Shown piece by piece: positions 52,845-63,825 of a DNA stretch of 64,000 nt (position 1 is the stretch's first letter; every line of letters begins with the position of its first letter). The stretch spans positions 2,200-66,199 of the forward strand of contig DBGCHZ010000048.1 in NCBI GenBank assembly GCA_048355915.1. The letters run 5' to 3'. The position numbers were made by a program, and so were the translations under genes. A model generated the notes under the pieces. It was not told the DNA's origin, ran no database searches, and worked only from the letters and a program-made list of their open reading frames with translations. The DNA is from Clostridia bacterium. Lineage in GTDB: Bacteria > Bacillota > Clostridia > TANB77 > CAG-508.

Positions 52845-53717
52845 TTATGTTCTTTTAAATCCTTGACCTAATACCTCTCTTGAATTTGTTATTATAATAA
52901 AACTATTTTTGTCAATTTTTTTTGCTATTTCTGTTACTTTTGATACATCTCCCCTTGTTACTGCACACATTAATATCAATCTTTGTTCATTCGTGTACAT
53001 TCCTTTTCCATATATCCCAGTTGTTCCTCTTTCAATTGATTTACCTATTTTTCTTGCTATTTCTTCGTTTTTTTCAGATACTATAAAAATGAGTTTTGTA
53101 AAATCTATTCCTTCAAATAATATGTCTATTATTTTCCCCATTAAATATATTGCAATTCCTGAATATAATCCAATTTCTATTTCTCTGAAAAAAAACATAT
53201 TTAATGTTACAATTATAATATCTATTATAACCATTATATTTCCTGTTCTTATATTTGGTTTGTATTTTTTTGCTATATATGTTACCATGTCCGTTCCACC
53301 TGTTGAACTATTTACTTTTAGTATAATGGCTGTTCCTACGCCTATTATTATTCCTCCATATATACATGCTAAAAATCTATCTTGTGTTAATGGTTTAAAT
53401 TTATCTAGCCAATCAATAAAAATTGATAATGACATTGTTCCTATTAATGATTTTACAAAAAAACTTTTCCCTATTTTTAATATTGAAATTAAAAATAATG
53501 GAATATTTAGTAAAATAATTGTTGTTCCCATTGGTATTTTTAATAGGTAATATATAATTGTTCCTATTCCTGCAATTCCTCCTGAGGATAGTTGATTTGG
53601 CAACAAAAATAATGATATGCCTATTGCTATTATGAATGAACCTAATATTGTTCCTAATATTTCTGTTATTTTCTTTTTTATATTGTATTTTTCTTCAATG
53701 TGTTTTATATTGTTCAT
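52845..53717 (-). CDS. YitT-family membrane protein (DUF161/DUF2179).
   Basis: It has a polytopic membrane N-terminus and a C-terminal DUF2179-like domain. Length is 290 aa. Confidence 0.75.
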   Translation of the reverse strand: MNNIKHIEEKYNIKKKITEILGTILGSFIIAIGISLFLLPNQLSSGGIAGIGTIIYYLLKIPMGTTIILLNIPLFLISILKIGKSFFVKSLIGTMSLSIFIDWLDKFKPLTQDRFLACIYGGIIIGVGTAIILKVNSSTGGTDMVTYIAKKYKPNIRTGNIMVIIDIIIVTLNMFFFREIEIGLYSGIAIYLMGKIIDILFEGIDFTKLIFIVSEKNEEIARKIGKSIERGTTGIYGKGMYTNEQRLILMCAVTRGDVSKVTEIAKKIDKNSFIIITNSREVLGQGFKRT

Positions 53718-53910
53718 GACATCACCTTGATATAAGTATTTGTATTTTTTAGTATTTTATACAAATTGAAGAATTCTAAAATGTATAATATAAAAGTTTT
53801 AAATATTATTTTTAGTTATTTTATATTGGAATCATATCTATTAAATTTTGGCATAACAAATATTAAAATTCACCCAATTATCAGAATTTGAAAAAAGCTT
53901 TTAATACTAC

Positions 53911-53939
53911 TTGACAATATTCTTATTATTTGGTATCAT
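53911..53939 (+). promoter_or_regulatory. tRNA promoter: TTGACA, 17-nt spacer, TATCAT.
   Basis: It lies 18 nt upstream of tRNA-Gly. Confidence 0.55.
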
Positions 53940-53956
53940 AATAATTGCTTAATTAT

Positions 53957-54032
53957 GCGGGAATAGCTCAGTTGATAGAGCGCTGCCTTGCCAAGGCAGA
54001 GGTCGCGGGTTTGAGCCCCGTTTCCCGCTCCA
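53957..54032 (+). tRNA. tRNA-Gly (GCC).
   Basis: It is a cloverleaf. The acceptor GCGGGAA pairs with TTCCCGC, the anticodon loop is TTGCCAA, and the CCA is encoded. Confidence 0.9.
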
Positions 54033-54102
54033 TATAGAATTTTAATTATCTTTTCTATTTTGGTACTATTAATTAAGTCTTTGCATATAATTAATTAGAT
54101 AC

Positions 54103-54177
54103 GGCGACATAGCCAAGTGGCTAAGGCACGAGTCTGCAAAACTCTGATCCCCGGTTCGAATCCGGGTGTCGCCTCCA
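54103..54177 (+). tRNA. tRNA-Cys (GCA).
   Basis: The acceptor GGCGACA pairs with TGTCGCC, the anticodon loop is CTGCAAA, and the CCA is encoded. Confidence 0.85.
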
Positions 54178-54340
54178 ATTTGAAGATGGACTATATAATG
54201 ATTTATATATTGATTAATATTAATGTAACCCTATATTAATTTAAAGTGGAAAATATTTGATAAATACCAAACAAAAATCTTATTATATAGTTATATTAAA
54301 CAAAACATTCAAAGTTCTTCGAATGTCATTTGTTCTTGTA

Positions 54341-54370
54341 TGTGTATCGCAATTACACATACTTTTTTTA
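54341..54370 (+). terminator. Terminator after the tRNA pair.
   Basis: TGTGTA...TACACA followed by a T-run. Confidence 0.5.
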
Positions 54371-54502
54371 TATAAAAACAGGATAGACCTCAACATTCTA
54401 TCCTGTTTGATAATGCTATTATGTATATCTGCTTTACTTTTTTCATCTTCTACTTTATTAGCTTCAAAATATCCTATATCAAATATTTTTATATAAATTT
54501 TT

Positions 54503-55168
54503 TTATTTTTTAATTTTAAAATGTATATCCTTCATATTTGGAAAGGCATTGACCAGTCTTCTATGAAGCATAGATTTTTCTCTTAGTTTTTGTTTTACGA
54601 ATTGTGTTATTTCTTCTGTATTATCTTTTATTGCTTTTAATCCTTCTGATTTGATTGCAGATACTATTCTAGATGAAACAATGTTATCTGTAATAAATAT
54701 TAATAATAGTAATCCTGATATTATATGTAATCCAATGTCACTAAGAGATGAATACCAACTAAAAAATATTGGGTTCGTAAAGTATGATATTACCATTCCT
54801 AAAAGTCCAAATGGAATTAATGTTTCTAAACAAATTCTTCCATTTATATTGTATTTTTTATTACTATAATCCCACCATCTTGCATGATATTTTTTCTCTA
54901 AGATATAACTTGTTAAATATTCTATTACTGAACATATAATTACAGACATAAAAAATAGTGCTATTGGGTCATCTAAATATTTTTTTAGTAGAATAGTTAT
55001 TGCTAGTGCTCCCCATCCATATATTGGACAATATGGTCCTATTAAAAAACCTCTGTTTATAAATCTTTTTTCTTGTATTAATTTACAAATTACCTCCATA
55101 AGCCATCCAAAAAATGCATATGTTATGAATAATAAAAAGTATATTTCTATTGTATGTAAAATTTCCAT
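54503..55168 (-). CDS. Polytopic membrane protein, possibly of the putative ABC-transporter type IV (CmpB-like) family.
   Basis: It is 221 aa with 5-6 TM helices and a conserved GWL.E...K N-terminus. Confidence 0.4.
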   Translation of the reverse strand: MEILHTIEIYFLLFITYAFFGWLMEVICKLIQEKRFINRGFLIGPYCPIYGWGALAITILLKKYLDDPIALFFMSVIICSVIEYLTSYILEKKYHARWWDYSNKKYNINGRICLETLIPFGLLGMVISYFTNPIFFSWYSSLSDIGLHIISGLLLLIFITDNIVSSRIVSAIKSEGLKAIKDNTEEITQFVKQKLREKSMLHRRLVNAFPNMKDIHFKIKK

Positions 55169-55280
55169 ATCTTCCTCCTATTTTAATATTTTAAAGTATA
55201 TCATAAATACACAAAAAAACAATAATAAAAATAGCAGAAATATAAATTTTATTTCAATTTATATTTCTGCCATTTTTATT

Positions 55281-56114
55281 TTATGATATCTTAATAAATT
55301 CATACTCATACCCTGAAACCGTATTTGTATCATATTTATAACCTTTATAAATGCCACCATCTTCATCATTTAAATCAATATTAAGTTTTACAGTACAAAC
55401 AAAGTGTTCATTTAAGTTGTTTATTATATTAATATTAAAACTCAAATTATAATTTATGTCTTCAAGATTTATATTTGCTTCTTGCAATACTTTTCCATTG
55501 AATGATACTGTATTTGCATCACTAGATGCTGCATAATTTGTTATAATATCTTGATTCATATATTCTAAAGTAATTGGATTTGAGCAATCTGAATAAAATG
55601 TAGGTTTTGAATAGTCAGTATTATCATTTTGATTATTATTTGTTATTATATTATACTCAATTTTTTCACTTTCTGGTTCTGCAATTTCTTTGTATTTAGC
55701 AAAATCTAACGCATTTTTATAATTTATATATTGATATCCTTTATCTGAACCTGTTGTGATTTTCACATTATCTATATATAACTCTTTAACAGTATTTTCA
55801 CTTGTCATATCATATACTGTACTTGTATTATCTAAGTATATTGCAATATCTGAATATTGCAATATACTTAGGTCTTTTAATGATTCATTTTCACTTTTAT
55901 CAATAGCATTTGCACTGCTATATACAATTATCTTGTGTATCTTAAATATTGGATTTTTGTTTTCTTCTGCTGATTTTACAATTTGATTTGTAAATTCTTC
56001 TCTTGCAAATACTTCTTTAAAAACTAAATCATAATATAGAAATGATGTGACACATAATATCAATATTAATATTGTAAAAACTAATTTATAATTCTTAATT
56101 CTAATTTTTTTCAT
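55281..56114 (-). CDS. Hypothetical secreted or membrane-anchored protein.
   Basis: It has an N-terminal signal anchor. Length is 277 aa. Confidence 0.45.
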   Translation of the reverse strand: MKKIRIKNYKLVFTILILILCVTSFLYYDLVFKEVFAREEFTNQIVKSAEENKNPIFKIHKIIVYSSANAIDKSENESLKDLSILQYSDIAIYLDNTSTVYDMTSENTVKELYIDNVKITTGSDKGYQYINYKNALDFAKYKEIAEPESEKIEYNIITNNNQNDNTDYSKPTFYSDCSNPITLEYMNQDIITNYAASSDANTVSFNGKVLQEANINLEDINYNLSFNINIINNLNEHFVCTVKLNIDLNDEDGGIYKGYKYDTNTVSGYEYEFIKIS

Positions 56115-56125
56115 ATTGACTCCTT

Positions 56126-57589
56126 TTATTTAAGTCTATTATATAACATTTCCATATAAGAAAATACTTTTTTGTGCCAGTCAGGGTCACTAGCATATCT
56201 TTGATTAACTCCTTCTAATGTTGGTCCATTGTAATACCATGCACTTGCTGTTTCTCCTCCATAGATTTTTGTTCCTGATGGATTTAAGTAATATTTTACT
56301 AAAGATTTTGAAACTGTTTCTATTCCTTCTTCATATGTAGCAAAATCGTATGATGATTCATATGGTGTTTGGTCATATGATCCATATCCAAATAAATTAT
56401 GTTTTTCTTGTGCTATTTGTGATGTTCCCCAAGCACTTTCATGTATTGCTATTGATGCTATAAATAGTCCATTTACATTATATTTTTTATCTACATTATA
56501 AAATACTTCTGCATTACTCTCAAAAATCTTATTTGTATCATTTGGTATTCCTTTAAATATTTTTTGATAGTCTTTTAATGTCAATCCTGTTGACTTATTT
56601 AATTCCATATTTATATTAACTTTAATTAAAATTCTTTGAATTCTATTTTTCTCTACTATATTAGGTGTTACATATGCTGATGTTAGATTTTTTGTTGGTA
56701 TATATCCTTCAATATTATCAAAAGATACTTTACACCATTCTTCATTTGGTAATTCTAATAATTTTACATCTAAACTTTGTTTTATTTTTGCAACTTCTTC
56801 TGATTTATCATTTGCTTCTTTTCTTAAACTTGTATCTGTTGTTAAATATACTATATCTCCAAGATGAATTTTTAATTTTGCTAAGAAATCTGATGTTCCT
56901 ATATCTAGTATTTCTGGTACAGGTTCTTGTGTTGTATGTTTTTCTAATATAATTTCTTCAATAAATTCCCCATTTTCATATGTTTTTACTAAAGATACAC
57001 TTTCTTTTCCTAAAGCTCCTTTTTGTAAAACAATTTGTTCTCCTCTTGGAAGAGTTGCATTTGCTTGAGATTTTATTTCAAAATCTATATTTCTGTCTTC
57101 AGATACTTGCTCTTTTACTTTTTCAAAGCTAGAATTTTCTGAAATTATTTTCTGCATATTTAAAGCTCTTCTATTTATTTCAAAGTCACTAGGTATTGTT
57201 GCTGTTTCTACTTTTTCTTTTTTATTTTCATCTGTTTCATTTATTGCTGATTCTTTGGAAAATACATCTTTCGGAAATGCAGCTATTATTATTAATATTA
57301 GAACTGAAAGAATTATGATTAGATTAGAAAGTCTTACACTTTTTTTATTTTGATGAAATGATGTCTCTTCTGATGCCATTACAACTTTTGTTTTCTTTTT
57401 GGTTGGCTTAGTCGTTTTTTTTCTAGGTTTAGTACTAGTAGTTTTTACTTGTGCTTCTTGCTGTGTATATCTAATTTGTTGTAATTCTTTGAATACTTCT
57501 GATAAATTTCTTTCATCTTTATTATTTGTTATAGATTCTTCTTTATCTTTTAACACATATATTCCCTCACTTTCCATAATAATATACAT
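56126..57589 (-). CDS. Cell-wall hydrolase with G5 and SH3b-like modules and a C-terminal N-acetylglucosaminidase domain.
   Basis: The glucosaminidase motif is IASIAIHESAWGTS. Confidence 0.75.
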   Translation of the reverse strand: MYIIMESEGIYVLKDKEESITNNKDERNLSEVFKELQQIRYTQQEAQVKTTSTKPRKKTTKPTKKKTKVVMASEETSFHQNKKSVRLSNLIIILSVLILIIIAAFPKDVFSKESAINETDENKKEKVETATIPSDFEINRRALNMQKIISENSSFEKVKEQVSEDRNIDFEIKSQANATLPRGEQIVLQKGALGKESVSLVKTYENGEFIEEIILEKHTTQEPVPEILDIGTSDFLAKLKIHLGDIVYLTTDTSLRKEANDKSEEVAKIKQSLDVKLLELPNEEWCKVSFDNIEGYIPTKNLTSAYVTPNIVEKNRIQRILIKVNINMELNKSTGLTLKDYQKIFKGIPNDTNKIFESNAEVFYNVDKKYNVNGLFIASIAIHESAWGTSQIAQEKHNLFGYGSYDQTPYESSYDFATYEEGIETVSKSLVKYYLNPSGTKIYGGETASAWYYNGPTLEGVNQRYASDPDWHKKVFSYMEMLYNRLK

Positions 57590-57790
57590 TCATATTATAC
57601 AATATTAAAATTTTTCTGTCTACAAATTTTGATAAAATTCAAATGGGAATTTTAGAGAATTATTTGTATTTTGGCTATTTATAAAAAAAAGTGTAATTTA
57701 ATAGCTTTTTTTGTTAAACAGTTCTTTACTAAATATCCACAAATCCCTTGCAAAATCTGTAAAATAGTATATAATATTGGAAGTTAAGAG

Positions 57791-58474
57791 GTGAAAATTT
57801 TGAATATAGAACAAGCAGAAATAGAAATAGGTTATACTTTTAAAAATAAAAATTTATTAAAAAATGCTTTTACACATACTTCTTATGCTTATGAAAAAAA
57901 TGTGAATAGCAATGAAAAGTTAGAATTTCTTGGTGATAGTATTTTAGAATTTATATCAAGTAAGTTTTTATATAATAATTATACAAATTTGCATGAAGGT
58001 GAAATGACTAAGGTTAGAGCTACTGTGGTATGTGAAAAAAGCTTATATAAAATTGCTAAAAAACATAACTTTGGTGAGTTTTTATTTTTAGGAAAATCTG
58101 AAATTGTAAATGGTGGAAAAAATAGACCAGCTATACTTGCTGATAGTGTTGAAGCGGTAATTGCTGCTATGTATTTAGACGGTGGTTTAGATATCGCAGA
58201 AAAATTTATTATTGAAAATTTAAAAGATGAAATTAAACTTGCTACAATTCATGTTGGTGATAAAGATTATAAAACCGTATTACAAGAAAAATTACAAGAA
58301 CATGGCGATGTTAAAATTTCTTATGAAATTATAAACGAATCAGGTCCAGACCATGACAAAAGTTTTGAAGCCCAAGTAATTTTTAATGGTAAGATTTTAG
58401 CAAATGGAACTGGTAAAAGTAAAAAAAGTGCTGAAATGCAAGCTGCAAAAAAAGCTTTAGAAAATTTAAAATAG
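57791..58474 (+). CDS. rnc: Ribonuclease III.
   Basis: It has the RNase III signature ERLEFLGDS-like (EKLEFLGDSILEF) and a dsRBD. The start is GTG at 57791 or TTG at 57800 after AGAGGTGA. Confidence 0.9.
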   Translation: MKILNIEQAEIEIGYTFKNKNLLKNAFTHTSYAYEKNVNSNEKLEFLGDSILEFISSKFLYNNYTNLHEGEMTKVRATVVCEKSLYKIAKKHNFGEFLFLGKSEIVNGGKNRPAILADSVEAVIAAMYLDGGLDIAEKFIIENLKDEIKLATIHVGDKDYKTVLQEKLQEHGDVKISYEIINESGPDHDKSFEAQVIFNGKILANGTGKSKKSAEMQAAKKALENLK

Positions 58475-58489
58475 AAAAGAGGTAAATCT

Positions 58490-59575
58490 ATGAAACATCA
58501 ATATATAATTCCCATATTTGTGCCGCATTTAGGTTGTCCTAATGATTGTATTTTTTGTAATCAAAAGTCAATTAGTGGTCAAAAAAAGAATATGACAAAA
58601 GAACAAGCAAAAAACATAATAGATAATTACCTAGAAAATTTAAATGATTCAGAGGCATTAATTGAAATAGCATTTTTTGGTGGTAGTTTTACAGCAATTA
58701 ATGAAGAATTACAAAATGAATTATTAGAACTTGCATATACATATGTTAAATCAGGAAAAGTTGAAAGTATAAGAATTTCTACTAGACCTGACTATATAGA
58801 TAAAAATATCTTAAAAAGACTTAAAAAATATAAAGTAAAAACAATTGAATTAGGTGTTCAATCTGCAAACGATTTCGTTCTAAAACGAGCAAATAGAGGA
58901 CATACTTTTGAAGATGTAAAAAGAGCTTCTAAGTTAATTAGATGGTATGGTTTTAGATTAGGTCATCAAATGATGGTTGGTTTGCCTGAAAGTACAAGAC
59001 AAGATGAAATAAATACTGCAAAAGCATTAATAAAATTAAAGCCTAAAATGGTTAGAATTTATCCTGTTTTAGTTGTAAAAAATACTAAATTGGAAAAAGA
59101 ATATGAAAATGGAATATATAAGGCCTTACCTTTACCACAAGCAGTTGAAACTTGTAAACAGCTTGTTAGAATGTTTTCTGATAAAAATATTGATATAATA
59201 CGAGTTGGTTTGCAAAATACTGATGAGATTTCAGACCCATCAAGTGAAAAAAGTGAAGTTGTTGCCGGACCATATCACCCAGCTTTTAGACAACTTGTTG
59301 AATCTGGTTTGTGGTATGATGCTATTGTTGAAAAAATCAAAAAATTAAATGTCAAAGTAAAAGAAGTTCAAGTTACTGTAAATCCTTTAGATGTTAATAA
59401 TGTTATTGGTCATAAAAAAGATAATGTATTGAAACTAAAAGAATTTTATGATGTAGATTTGATTTTGAAACAAGATGCTAATATTAAGCAAGGTAAGTCT
59501 AAAATTGATATTACTAAAACTTATGCTGATTTTTTGGAAGAAAATGAATCTAAAAAAGTAGTTGTTAAAAAATAA
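58490..59575 (+). CDS. Radical SAM protein (ELP3/YhcC-like family).
   Basis: It has a CPNDCIFC cluster near the N-terminus. Length is 361 aa. Confidence 0.6.
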   Translation: MKHQYIIPIFVPHLGCPNDCIFCNQKSISGQKKNMTKEQAKNIIDNYLENLNDSEALIEIAFFGGSFTAINEELQNELLELAYTYVKSGKVESIRISTRPDYIDKNILKRLKKYKVKTIELGVQSANDFVLKRANRGHTFEDVKRASKLIRWYGFRLGHQMMVGLPESTRQDEINTAKALIKLKPKMVRIYPVLVVKNTKLEKEYENGIYKALPLPQAVETCKQLVRMFSDKNIDIIRVGLQNTDEISDPSSEKSEVVAGPYHPAFRQLVESGLWYDAIVEKIKKLNVKVKEVQVTVNPLDVNNVIGHKKDNVLKLKEFYDVDLILKQDANIKQGKSKIDITKTYADFLEENESKKVVVKK

Positions 59576-59760
59576 GAAAAATGGCGAAGCTACGCTATAA
59601 AGACTATTGCGGGTCTTTTTAAAGGTAACTTTTACTTGTTATATCGGAAATTTAAACTGTTAAATTATTTGATTATAAAAATTACTATATCAAACAATTT
59701 AACAGTTTCTTATTTTATATTTTCTATATTAAATTTTTAACTTATTCAAATATTATTATT

Positions 59761-60775
59761 TTATTCTTCTAAATTATCAGCATATTTATTATTAACTATT
59801 TTCTCAAATGGGACTTTATTTGTTAATTCTCCTGCTTGTGTCATCACCTCTTGTAATCTTTCAAAACTCTCTTCTTCTAGTTCAGGTGTTTCATTCCAAG
59901 CCTCAATATCCTTGTAGGTTTTAACTGCATTTTCTAACATTTCTACACTTGTATCTGGAAAGAAACTTTGTATTATTTCTGCTATTTCCTTGGCAGTATG
60001 TTCTTTTACCCATTTTTGACCTTCATATATTGCTTCTGTAAATTTTTGTATTATTTCTTCATTTTTTTCAATATAACTTTTTTTAGCAAAATATGCCGTA
60101 TATGGTATATCTCCTGCTTCTTCTCCTACTGATGCTACTATATATCCTTTTCCTTCTTTTTCTGTCATTGAAGCAGTTGGCTCAAATAATGTTACATATT
60201 CTGCATTCCCTGATGCAAATGCACCTGCCATTAAATCAAATTTGATACTATCATCTAATATTACATCTGTTTCTGGATTTATTCCATTTTTTCTTAGTAC
60301 ATATTGTAATGTCATAAATGGAACTCCACCTTTTCTTCCTGGAATAATTGTTTTTCCTTTTACATCTTCCCAAGAAAATTCGTCTGTTTTATTTCTAGCT
60401 ACTAAGAGTGAACCATCCTTTTTTGTCATCTGCGCAAATACTTGTGTATAGTCTTCTTTTCCTTCATTATATACATATATTGATGCTTCTGGTCCGTGCA
60501 AATCCTATGTCACTTTGATTTGATAATACTGATGTCATTACTGCATCTGCTCCTTGACCTGTTGTTAATTCTATTTCAATTCCTTTTTCTTTGAAAAAGC
60601 CTTTATTAATTGCTACATATTGTGGAGCATAAAATACTGAACGCGTTACTTCGCTCAATTTTACCTCTGTTAATCCATCTTTGCTATTATTGCTTTTTTT
60701 CTTGAATGTAAAAACACCTAAAATTAATACAATTAATAAAGTTATTATCATTATTAAATATGTTTTCTTTTTCAT
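59761..60775 (-). pseudogene. NMT1/SsuA-type ABC substrate-binding lipoprotein, frameshifted.
   Basis: Two overlapping ORFs, 60467-60775 and 59761-60501, together reconstruct one SsuA/TauA-like protein. There is a +1 C in GCA-C-GGACCA at about 60494. Confidence 0.6.
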
Positions 60776-60894
60776 TTTCTTCCTCCTTTTTAGTATATTT
60801 TATGTTTATCTCCTTAAATTGTGTATTAATTTATTATATCTATACTATTTTAATTTTTTATGCTATTAGTCTAAAATTTTATTTTATTACTTAC

Positions 60895-60940
60895 AAAAAC
60901 CGTCTTTATTAAACTATTTTGTTTAATAAAGACGGTTCAA
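60895..60940. terminator. Intrinsic terminator between the permease and SBP genes.
   Basis: Stem ACCGTCTTTATTAAAC...GTTTAATAAAGACGGT. Confidence 0.6.
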
Positions 60941-60967
60941 TTTATTTTACATATTTATATTTTTATT

Positions 60968-61778
60968 TTACTTGAACTTTCTTGATTTTAATATTAATTT
61001 TTCTAGCATTAATACTGCTAAATACATTAATCCTGCAACCACTCCTAAAATAATTACACTTGCCATTACTAAATCTAATTTAAATACTTGCCCTCCATAT
61101 ACAATTAAATAACCTAATCCTGCTTTTGATACTAAAAATTCTCCTGAAATAACTCCTACTAGAGAAAGACCTATGTTCACTTTTAAAGAATTAATAAATG
61201 TAGAAATATTTGCAGGTAAAATTATTTTAGTTAATATTTGAAACTTAGTTGCATTATATGTTTCTGCCATTTTTATTAAATCTTTGTCTGTTTTTATAAA
61301 TCCATTTAGATTTTCTAATATAGTTACTACTAATGAAATTGCAATCGCCATTACTATTATTGCCGGTGTTCCTGCACCTACCCATATTATTATTATTGGT
61401 CCGAAGTGCTACTTTAGGTAGACTATTTAATACTACTAAATATGGCTCTAAAACATTTGCTAAAAATTTTGACCACCATAATGCAATCGCTATAATTGTT
61501 CCTAGTATTGTTCCTAATAAAAATCCTACTACTGTTTCATATACTGTTACTCCTATATGTTTTAGTAAGTCATTTGAGCCTAAATTCATAAATGTTTCGA
61601 ATATTCTACTTGGCTTACTTGTTATAAAACTATCTATCACATTTAAGTTTGCAAGAACCTCCCATATTCCTAAAAATACTACTAATATTGCTATTTGCGT
61701 TATAAATATTACTACTTTTCTTTTCTTGTTTTTCTTTAAATATTGTTTTCTTTCTTTCGATATTATTAAATTATTCAT
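60968..61778 (-). pseudogene. SsuC-type ABC permease, frameshifted.
   Basis: ORFs 61254-61778 and 60968-61351 reconstruct one permease. There is a +1 C in CTT-C-GGACCA at about 61405. Confidence 0.6.
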
Positions 61779-62538
61779 CTACACCAAGCTCCTTCCATAA
61801 AGTATTAAAATATTTACTAAATTTAGGATTTTCTCGGCAATTTATTGGATTTCTATTTTCCATTTCAAAATCTATTTTGTGTATATCTTTTACTGTTCCT
61901 GGTCTTTTACTTAAAACTAAAACTCTATCAGCCATGCTTATTGCTTCTGAAATGTCATGAGTTACCATTAATGTAGTTATTTTTTCTTTTTTTAATATGT
62001 TATATATATCATTTGTTACCATTATTCTAGTCTGATAATCTAAGGCAGAAAAAGCTTCATCAAGAAGTAATATTTTAGGTTTTATTGCAAGTGTTCTAAT
62101 TAGTGCAACTCTTTGTCTCATTCCACCTGATAGCTCTGATGGGTATTTATTCTTGAATTCATATAAATTATATTTTTTTAATAAATTTTCTACATATTTT
62201 TTATTTTCTTCATTTACTTTTCCTTTTATTTCTAGCCCCAATATAGTGTTACTCCATATTGTTCTCCAATCTAGTAAGCAATCTTTTTGTAACATATATC
62301 CTATTTTAGGTGAAATACCTTCTACTTTTTCTCCTTCAATATATATTTCTCCATTTGTTTTTGTTTCTAGTCCACTTATTATTGAAAGTAATGTTGATTT
62401 TCCACATCCACTTGGTCCTATTATTGATACAAATTCTCCTTCCTTTATTCTAAAATTCACATTTTCAATAGCTAGTATTTCTCCTTCTTTTCCTTGATAT
62501 TTTTTGCTTATATTTTTAACATCTAATATTGATTCCAT
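61771..62538 (-). CDS. ABC transporter ATP-binding protein (SsuB/TauB-like).
   Basis: It has Walker A (GPSGCGKST), the signature LSGGMRQR and Walker B. The ATG at 62538 has an AGGAGGAG SD. Confidence 0.85.
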   Translation of the reverse strand: MESILDVKNISKKYQGKEGEILAIENVNFRIKEGEFVSIIGPSGCGKSTLLSIISGLETKTNGEIYIEGEKVEGISPKIGYMLQKDCLLDWRTIWSNTILGLEIKGKVNEENKKYVENLLKKYNLYEFKNKYPSELSGGMRQRVALIRTLAIKPKILLLDEAFSALDYQTRIMVTNDIYNILKKEKITTLMVTHDISEAISMADRVLVLSKRPGTVKDIHKIDFEMENRNPINCRENPKFSKYFNTLWKELGVDE

Positions 62539-62676
62539 TTTACTCCTCCTTTTATAGCTTTTATATATATTATGTAAATACGCTTTAAAAGTGATTATGT
62601 TTAATTGGACAATATAAAAAATTAACCACAATTATTAACTCTTTACTTAATACTTGTGGTTCACTTTAATTATATT

Positions 62677-63297
62677 TTATAATCTCAAATTCTCTATACA
62701 AATTAATTCTTCTATCGCTTCTTTTTCTTGCTTATTTTTCATTGCTTTATTTATATCTATAAAATTATAATTGAAATTAATATTATTTCTTCCAAAGGTT
62801 GTAGTTTTCAACTCTTTTATTTCTTTTTGTATATTCCATCTTTCTTTACCTATGTAAATAATTATTGGAATAACAATAGGTAATTTATTTTGTATGCTGC
62901 TATTTGTTTTTTTCCATTTTTTTATTATATTTATACATTCTAATAAAATTTTATATTGCATATTTGCATCTATTTTGTTTTGGTATATTATTAAGAAAAA
63001 AATATTTGGATTTTGTTTTAAATAAAATATTTTTGAATTATAATTATAGACTTTTGAATTAATTTTAGAATAACTCTTCAAATTATTAGACACAATTTTT
63101 CTCTTTTCTGATAAAAAGATATTTATTATTTTTGAGATTATTAATTTATTATTTAAAGTTTGTTTTATGAAATTTTTATATGTTTCTTCTCTTTGGTTTA
63201 TTGTATATTTTATCTTTTCTTCTGCTAATAATGATATATTTTTTAAATTTATTGTATGTATTGTTTTTATATAGTCATTATAATTAAAATAATACAA
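62677..63297 (-). CDS. Hypothetical protein. There is a weak resemblance to the PF04754 (Rpn/YhgA-like) motif block.
   Basis: LPIVIPIIIYIGKERWN resembles the PxIPIVxYNG..W motif. Confidence 0.3.
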   Translation of the reverse strand: MYYFNYNDYIKTIHTINLKNISLLAEEKIKYTINQREETYKNFIKQTLNNKLIISKIINIFLSEKRKIVSNNLKSYSKINSKVYNYNSKIFYLKQNPNIFFLIIYQNKIDANMQYKILLECINIIKKWKKTNSSIQNKLPIVIPIIIYIGKERWNIQKEIKELKTTTFGRNNINFNYNFIDINKAMKNKQEKEAIEELICIENLRL

Positions 63298-63456
63298 TAA
63301 TAAACCTCCTTTTATTTATTGAATTTTTGATTTTAAATTTGCAATTTATTATGTATATTAATATCATATTTTTTAAATAATTTCAATATTTTTCCAGTAA
63401 ATTATTTTAAAAATATCCATAATATCTTAATTTATTAGCTATTTCAAATATTTTTA

Positions 63457-63505
63457 TAAAAAAAAGACTATCTCAGAAATATTTTTATATTTTCTAAGAC
63501 AGTCC
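63457..63505 (-). terminator. Intrinsic terminator.
   Basis: AGACTATCTCAGAA...TTCTAAGACAGTC, preceded by an A-run on the plus strand. Confidence 0.45.
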
Positions 63506-63564
63506 TCCTTCTAATTTTAGTATTCCTATTTTAATATATACTCTCATTTTCTATCATATAATAC

Positions 63565-63825
63565 TTAAATTAATATCATTTCTGTTCCATTTTGTATTGC
63601 ATTTTCTTTTACTGTTAAATTAATATCATATGGATTTGCAGTTATTTTATCGTATAATAATGGCATTGTTGTTGGTCTATAATAATCCCCACTACTTTCA
63701 TTAATAATTTTTATTAATAAAAGTATAACTCTATATACCTTCCTATTTATTGGAATCCAAAAATCATAATTTTCTTCCAATGCTGGCACATATACACTTA
63801 CTAATACTTTATTCATCGTCTTCAT
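63565..63825 (-). CDS. Small beta-grasp (ubiquitin-like) protein with YukD/EsaB-like features.
   Basis: It is 86 aa. The pattern VLVSVYV...YDFWIPINRKVYRVILL...ENAIQNGTEMILI resembles YukD. Confidence 0.35.
   Translation of the reverse strand: MKTMNKVLVSVYVPALEENYDFWIPINRKVYRVILLLIKIINESSGDYYRPTTMPLLYDKITANPYDINLTVKENAIQNGTEMILI

Noticed and set aside
52909-53550. A 213-aa plus-strand ORF antisense to yitT. Similar shadow ORFs lie at 3094-3528, 15708-16217, 34259-34696 and elsewhere.
   Set aside because: These are typical antisense low-complexity ORFs in AT-rich DNA, rich in I/F/L/S. They lack RBSs and are fully embedded in well-supported genes on the other strand.
62677-63825. A type VII secretion cluster.
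   Set aside because: Only a YukD-like fold is seen. The neighbouring 206-aa protein has no TM and does not resemble EssB. The evidence is insufficient within the window.
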